Shown in pieces: positions 59,452-64,000 of a stretch of DNA of 64,000 nucleotides. Position 1 is the first letter of the stretch; each line of letters starts with the position of its first letter. The DNA is taken from contig NC_045696.1 of NCBI RefSeq assembly GCF_009834535.1, positions 43,030,001-43,094,000 on the forward strand, given 5' to 3'. Both the position numbers and the translations under genes were made by a program. Source of the DNA: Camelus ferus. Taxonomy: Eukaryota. The notes under the pieces are model-generated. The model was not told the DNA's origin and did not search any database. It saw only the letters and a program-made list of their open reading frames with translations.

Positions 59452-62400
59452 GAGGCCAAATGATCAGACTAATTAAAGCCATTCCCAGGGTCGCTGACAT
59501 CCACTGGGGAATGAAAACAGCTATGGACAAATCAATCATAACCAGGCTGGTCCAAATATTAGAAACAGAAACTGTCAGCAAAAGTAAAATCTCAGTCTTT
59601 GTCTGATTCTCCCCCAGGGGCTGAGAACGGTATGCCTACATGCAAAAACCTTACGATGTGCAATTCTTGCAGAAAGCAGTACAATCATCCATACTGCTGC
59701 ACTATATCATAGCATAGACACTGTATTCAAAGTGCTGGGTAGGCATGTTCCGGAGGTGATGCCTTTTGTGCATCTTAGTGAAATTGCACTGTGCACCTTC
59801 CTGGTAGCATGCCCTGCATCTCGTTGTGCTCAATAAATATTTGACAGTGACCTCAACAAAGAGAATGACTGTGTTACTAATGACATCCATGAAGTGGACT
59901 CATAGAGACTGGCAGAAGACACGATGCTGTCCTGAGCACATGAGTCACTCCCAGGGGCACCTGGTTTGGGAAATATGGCAAATTAATAATATTTAGTCAA
60001 ATACTCAGGTATTTTACAAAAACCAATATCAAGTCACTATATGAATTCATTATTTTAAAAACAGTTTGTTCTTTCATGGAAACCAACCCTTTCTTATCCC
60101 ACGCTCCTTGCACCCAAATGCATTTTGACTGTAGATACTGATTCCAGGGAGGGTAAAGCCCAATTAATTACTAACTTCTCCAGAATTTACAAGCCCCCTC
60201 AAAGATTATACTCAGCAAATCTTGTTCTGTTAACACTTGGAGTCTGTTAAAACAAGCAAAAAGCTTTCACCATTTCAGTTAAACTAACCTGACCAATTTA
60301 GGAGTTACAGACACATTAGCTCCACAAATTAAGCTTTCTATTCCTATGGGTCTTTTACTGGTCTTATTTATTCAGCTTAGGTTTGTGAGAAGAGTTGTCT
60401 GTCAGCTTGCTCTTCTTTAAACCTATATGTCTCTTGGGGAATTTTATCTTAGAAGCCTTCATATACATAATTACTTATTTTCTTTTCAGAAGCACAAAGC
60501 ATCTAGTCATTTTTTTACTTTTAAGGCAATGTATCATTGCCCTAGTTTTTGCAGTGACAGAACTTTGAATCAACAATTAACTATTTACATCTCTGTACTC
60601 TTTAGTATTTGTGACATAAACATGCCCAAATTACTAGAGAACAGCTGGTTTAAAGAGTATGTTTTTTCTTCTTTGTTTCTCTGTTTCTTTGTTTCTTGGT
60701 TAACCAAAGACAATGACTACAATAACTGCATATTTATGTAATTAAACAGGTCACTAGTGAATTTAAATTGAGGACAATATTAGACTTAAGGGGTCAATTC
60801 TCTAGCAGTCAGTAAAAGAATAGCTTCTTTTGTTGTTGAATCAGGCTCATTAGGATTGAGAAACCAATTATGTTTGACAGGAATTACACGTAAACTAATA
60901 GGAAATTTAAGAGTTTTTTCTCCTACCCTTGGAGAATACTTTGATCATTTTTTTATTAAGAAGTAGTTTGTGGTTCAAAGTGGAGTTTTCTAAGCAATTA
61001 TGAGATCTTCTTATGCATTAGGGAGGATATGGCTTTCTTAATCTACACATGTAATTTCGTGAAAATTGGGCCATCTTTTAAGTGAATTGTGAAAGTACGA
61101 TACAGCAGGTGATTTTCAAAGCTCAACTTAGACCATTGTCTCTCATCCTCTGGCTTCAAATTTTATCACTTCTAAATAAAAGCAGACAGGGAGAAGTTCT
61201 GTCTCATATTCAGAGGACATCCCATGGGCTACGTGAGTAGTTCACTCCAACACTTAACAACCCTCATATTTCCTCCTGTGTACTAATTTCCTCTGGTCTT
61301 GCCGCACTGGAATTAGAAGACAGTATGTCAACATTACTCTGTAATGAATCTCTAAAACTCAAATACTTACAGACCTTGTTTACCCAGCCAAAACTAAATG
61401 GCACCCAGTTTCTTTGTCCTCCTTAAACTAGATCTTATTTTAGGAACTCTTTTAATCAAAATGATGGTTTTCTTTAAGTTTTCCCTGATCTTCTTGGATT
61501 TATTTATTTTATAATTTGCCTATGCCACTTCATCTCCAACTCAATATATCTGAAACTCAAGTAAATACCTAATTTCAAGAAAGATCAGTTTTTCTTCTCT
61601 CTTCTATCTCCTTACTTTTTCCATAAATATGCTATGCTTCTTTTTATTTTATTTTGTATGTTACTCCTATCTGTATGAATTTTCTTATCCACATTATCTC
61701 TCTTCCATTCATGTCTTTTTTAGACCTGAAATATATTTAATCCCCACCCACATCAATTCCCTTACATTTACAAGGCATCCACAGACACTTTTGGACTCAT
61801 TAGTGTCCCTTTTCCAAATGTCTATAGCACTTAAGCCACAAAACTTAAAAGTAAATTATCTTACTGTTACATATAAATATTATGTACAGGGCATCCTGTT
61901 AGTCCTAAGAAGTAAAAATATGATCATAAGCAATACTATGCAGATGGCAATTATGTAAGAGGGCTTGATCTGTAAGTGGGGTACCAGTGGTAGTTACTTT
62001 TAGTAGTAAGAAAAAAGACTCAAAATGGTAACTGACTTGGCCACATTAGATTATATTATAAAAATTTGAGTAAAGAATATTTTAATGATTTTGTGTGTGT
62101 GTTTGGGTGGGGGGAGGCTCCTCTCAAATTCTAAATCAATAGAGAAATGGACAAAGGAGTCCGACGTAAGGAGATCAAACTATTCATTTTATTAGTTGTA
62201 AAGCTGATACCAGAAGAAGACTAGATCTGCTGACACAAGAAGCTATCTGACACTCCCTGCCCTCTTCATTAACCAGACCTGCTCAGGAGCAGGCAAAGCT
62301 GAGCAAAAACAGATTCTCCTTTCACTCAGGGACAGGCTAGTTACTGCAAAGGAGAGGAGAAGGAGTGTAGCTTGAGAGCAGGCTGCTCCCAAGGAGAGAA

Positions 62401-62929
62401 AACTGTAAAGGGACTGAGCCACACCGGCTTATTTCCCTTCCTCAAGATCTCCATCAATCAGGTAAATCACTTTTCCTCTCATGGTGAGGATTCAGTGAAG
62501 GGATGTAGAAAAAAGAGCTAAAAGCCACCTCCAAAATCTTTGACTCCAAGGGAAAATTTTCCTCCCCTCCAGAGAAATATGCAGGTGAGAGATGAACACT
62601 TCCTCTTTCACTGGAAGCTCTCACTGGAGGGTGGAACTGGAGTTGCTTTATAAAGAAGATGTGGAGGAATGTGCGTGGCCTGATCATGGGTGTGGAGGCC
62701 AGGAAATACAGTCAGAGCTTGAGCAGCAAGACTTTGTTGGACTTTTTCTCCAGGAGTGGAGATTTTTGTCTTATTACCCCAGAATTCATGTCTGACATCT
62801 TCATCTGGTTTCCATGAGCCTTTTCCCTACAAACACCATAATTCCACTTATGAACAATAATTATGTCAGGTATTTGAATTTGCTCCTCCGAGAGTCCTAC
62901 ATTAGGATAACGCTCAGTTAATGATGAGT

Positions 62930-63290
62930 CCGTTGATCTGTTTCTTTCTCATCTCTTCAACCCCATACTCTTCTTTTCTAGTCATTTATCAAGGCCTGCC
63001 AGTTTTCCTCCATGGAATTTTACATAACTGTCCTTAACTCTCTTCCAGACCCACCCTCTTCTAATTTAATCAAAGCACCATCAGATCATCCCAAGGCTAC
63101 TGCAATTATCTGCTGATTGAACTCCCTCCCTCAAGACTCTTGGTAATGCAGTCCATTGCATAATGCATTGCCTGATTAATCTTCCTAAAATGGTATCTTG
63201 TTCATGTCAGACCCTGCTTAAAATCTGCACACTTCTCTATAAAATTCTAATTCTTTAGTCCCAAGTGTAAAAGCCTCACAAGTTGGTTGC
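62930..63290 (+). mobile_element. L2 fragment
   Basis: Motifs caaagcaccatc..ggctactgcaattatctgctgattgaactccc..taatcttcctaaaatg..tcatgtcagaccctgcttaaaa. Confidence 0.7.
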
Positions 63291-64000
63291 CACTTGCTTT
63301 CATTCAAAATCTGTTTACTAAGTGCCTAGCACATTAATAAAACCTGGGTACTTTAATTTTCTTTTTTTTTTTAACTTAAAAACTGAATGAAGAGGCTTTT
63401 GCAGTTCAGTCTACACCTTAAACATGTGTCAGCTTTGGTCCTTAGTTCATTCATAGAATTCCATAAAGATGACTTTCTAAGGGAAAAGTGAATATGCAGA
63501 AGTTTCAGTCTCCCCCATCATCAAGGCACATTGGTACAAATCAACTTCATGAGATTAATACTTCTTAAAATACTTATTGCATGTAATGGGAGAATGACCT
63601 ATATCTTCAGTTTCCTCTTGTTTTATGACTGTATATTGATGAAAACACAACAAATAATGCTAAGCAAGAATCACTTATCCATTCAGCCTGTTCTCTTTTG
63701 TTAAGTAACAGAATCTTATAATCTTTAGAAAAATGTATAGATGTTTTCCCATTTTTCATTCCCCAAAAGTATTTACATTAAAAATACAAGGGTCATAGGA
63801 ATCACTGGACACTTAGCCATGTCATGGAAAGAAATATGCAAAAAAAATAGTAATGCAGCCAAATTGACAGCTTTTAAAATAACAACAACAACAAAAAATT
63901 GAGGAAGACAATATAGAAAAACAGTTGTAATATTAATTAGTATTTCTTTGGGGCATATTTTTAAAGCTTTTCTTTTGATTAGGCAAATTAAATTTGCCTC

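Overview
AT-rich, CpG-depleted mammalian DNA, intronic or intergenic. The L1 3' ends look cetartiodactyl-like; camelid is my guess, and I saw no Alu, B1/B2, Can-SINE, Bov-tA or PRE SINEs. No host protein-coding exon could be identified. The window is dominated by retrotransposons. (1) A full-length, relatively young but disabled LINE-1 lies on the - strand (21857-28814), with an 18-bp TSD, a CpG-rich 5'UTR, ORF1 and an EN-RT-Cys ORF2. (2) A related 3.1-kb ORF1-only 'half-L1' lies at 17170-20254 with its own TSD and a precise loss of EN, RT and the CCHC knuckle; this is the most interesting object here. (3) There are two 5'-inverted (twin-primed) L1 insertions. (4) There are many ancient L1M, L2, MIR, MaLR/ERVL LTR and DNA-transposon fossils. 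Non-repeat candidates are one well-formed + strand exon (40868-40959) and a GATA/RUNX/KLF motif cluster (31530-31680). Repeat subfamily names come from recalled consensus features, not a database search. Most short ORFs in the track are noise or antisense shadows of L1.
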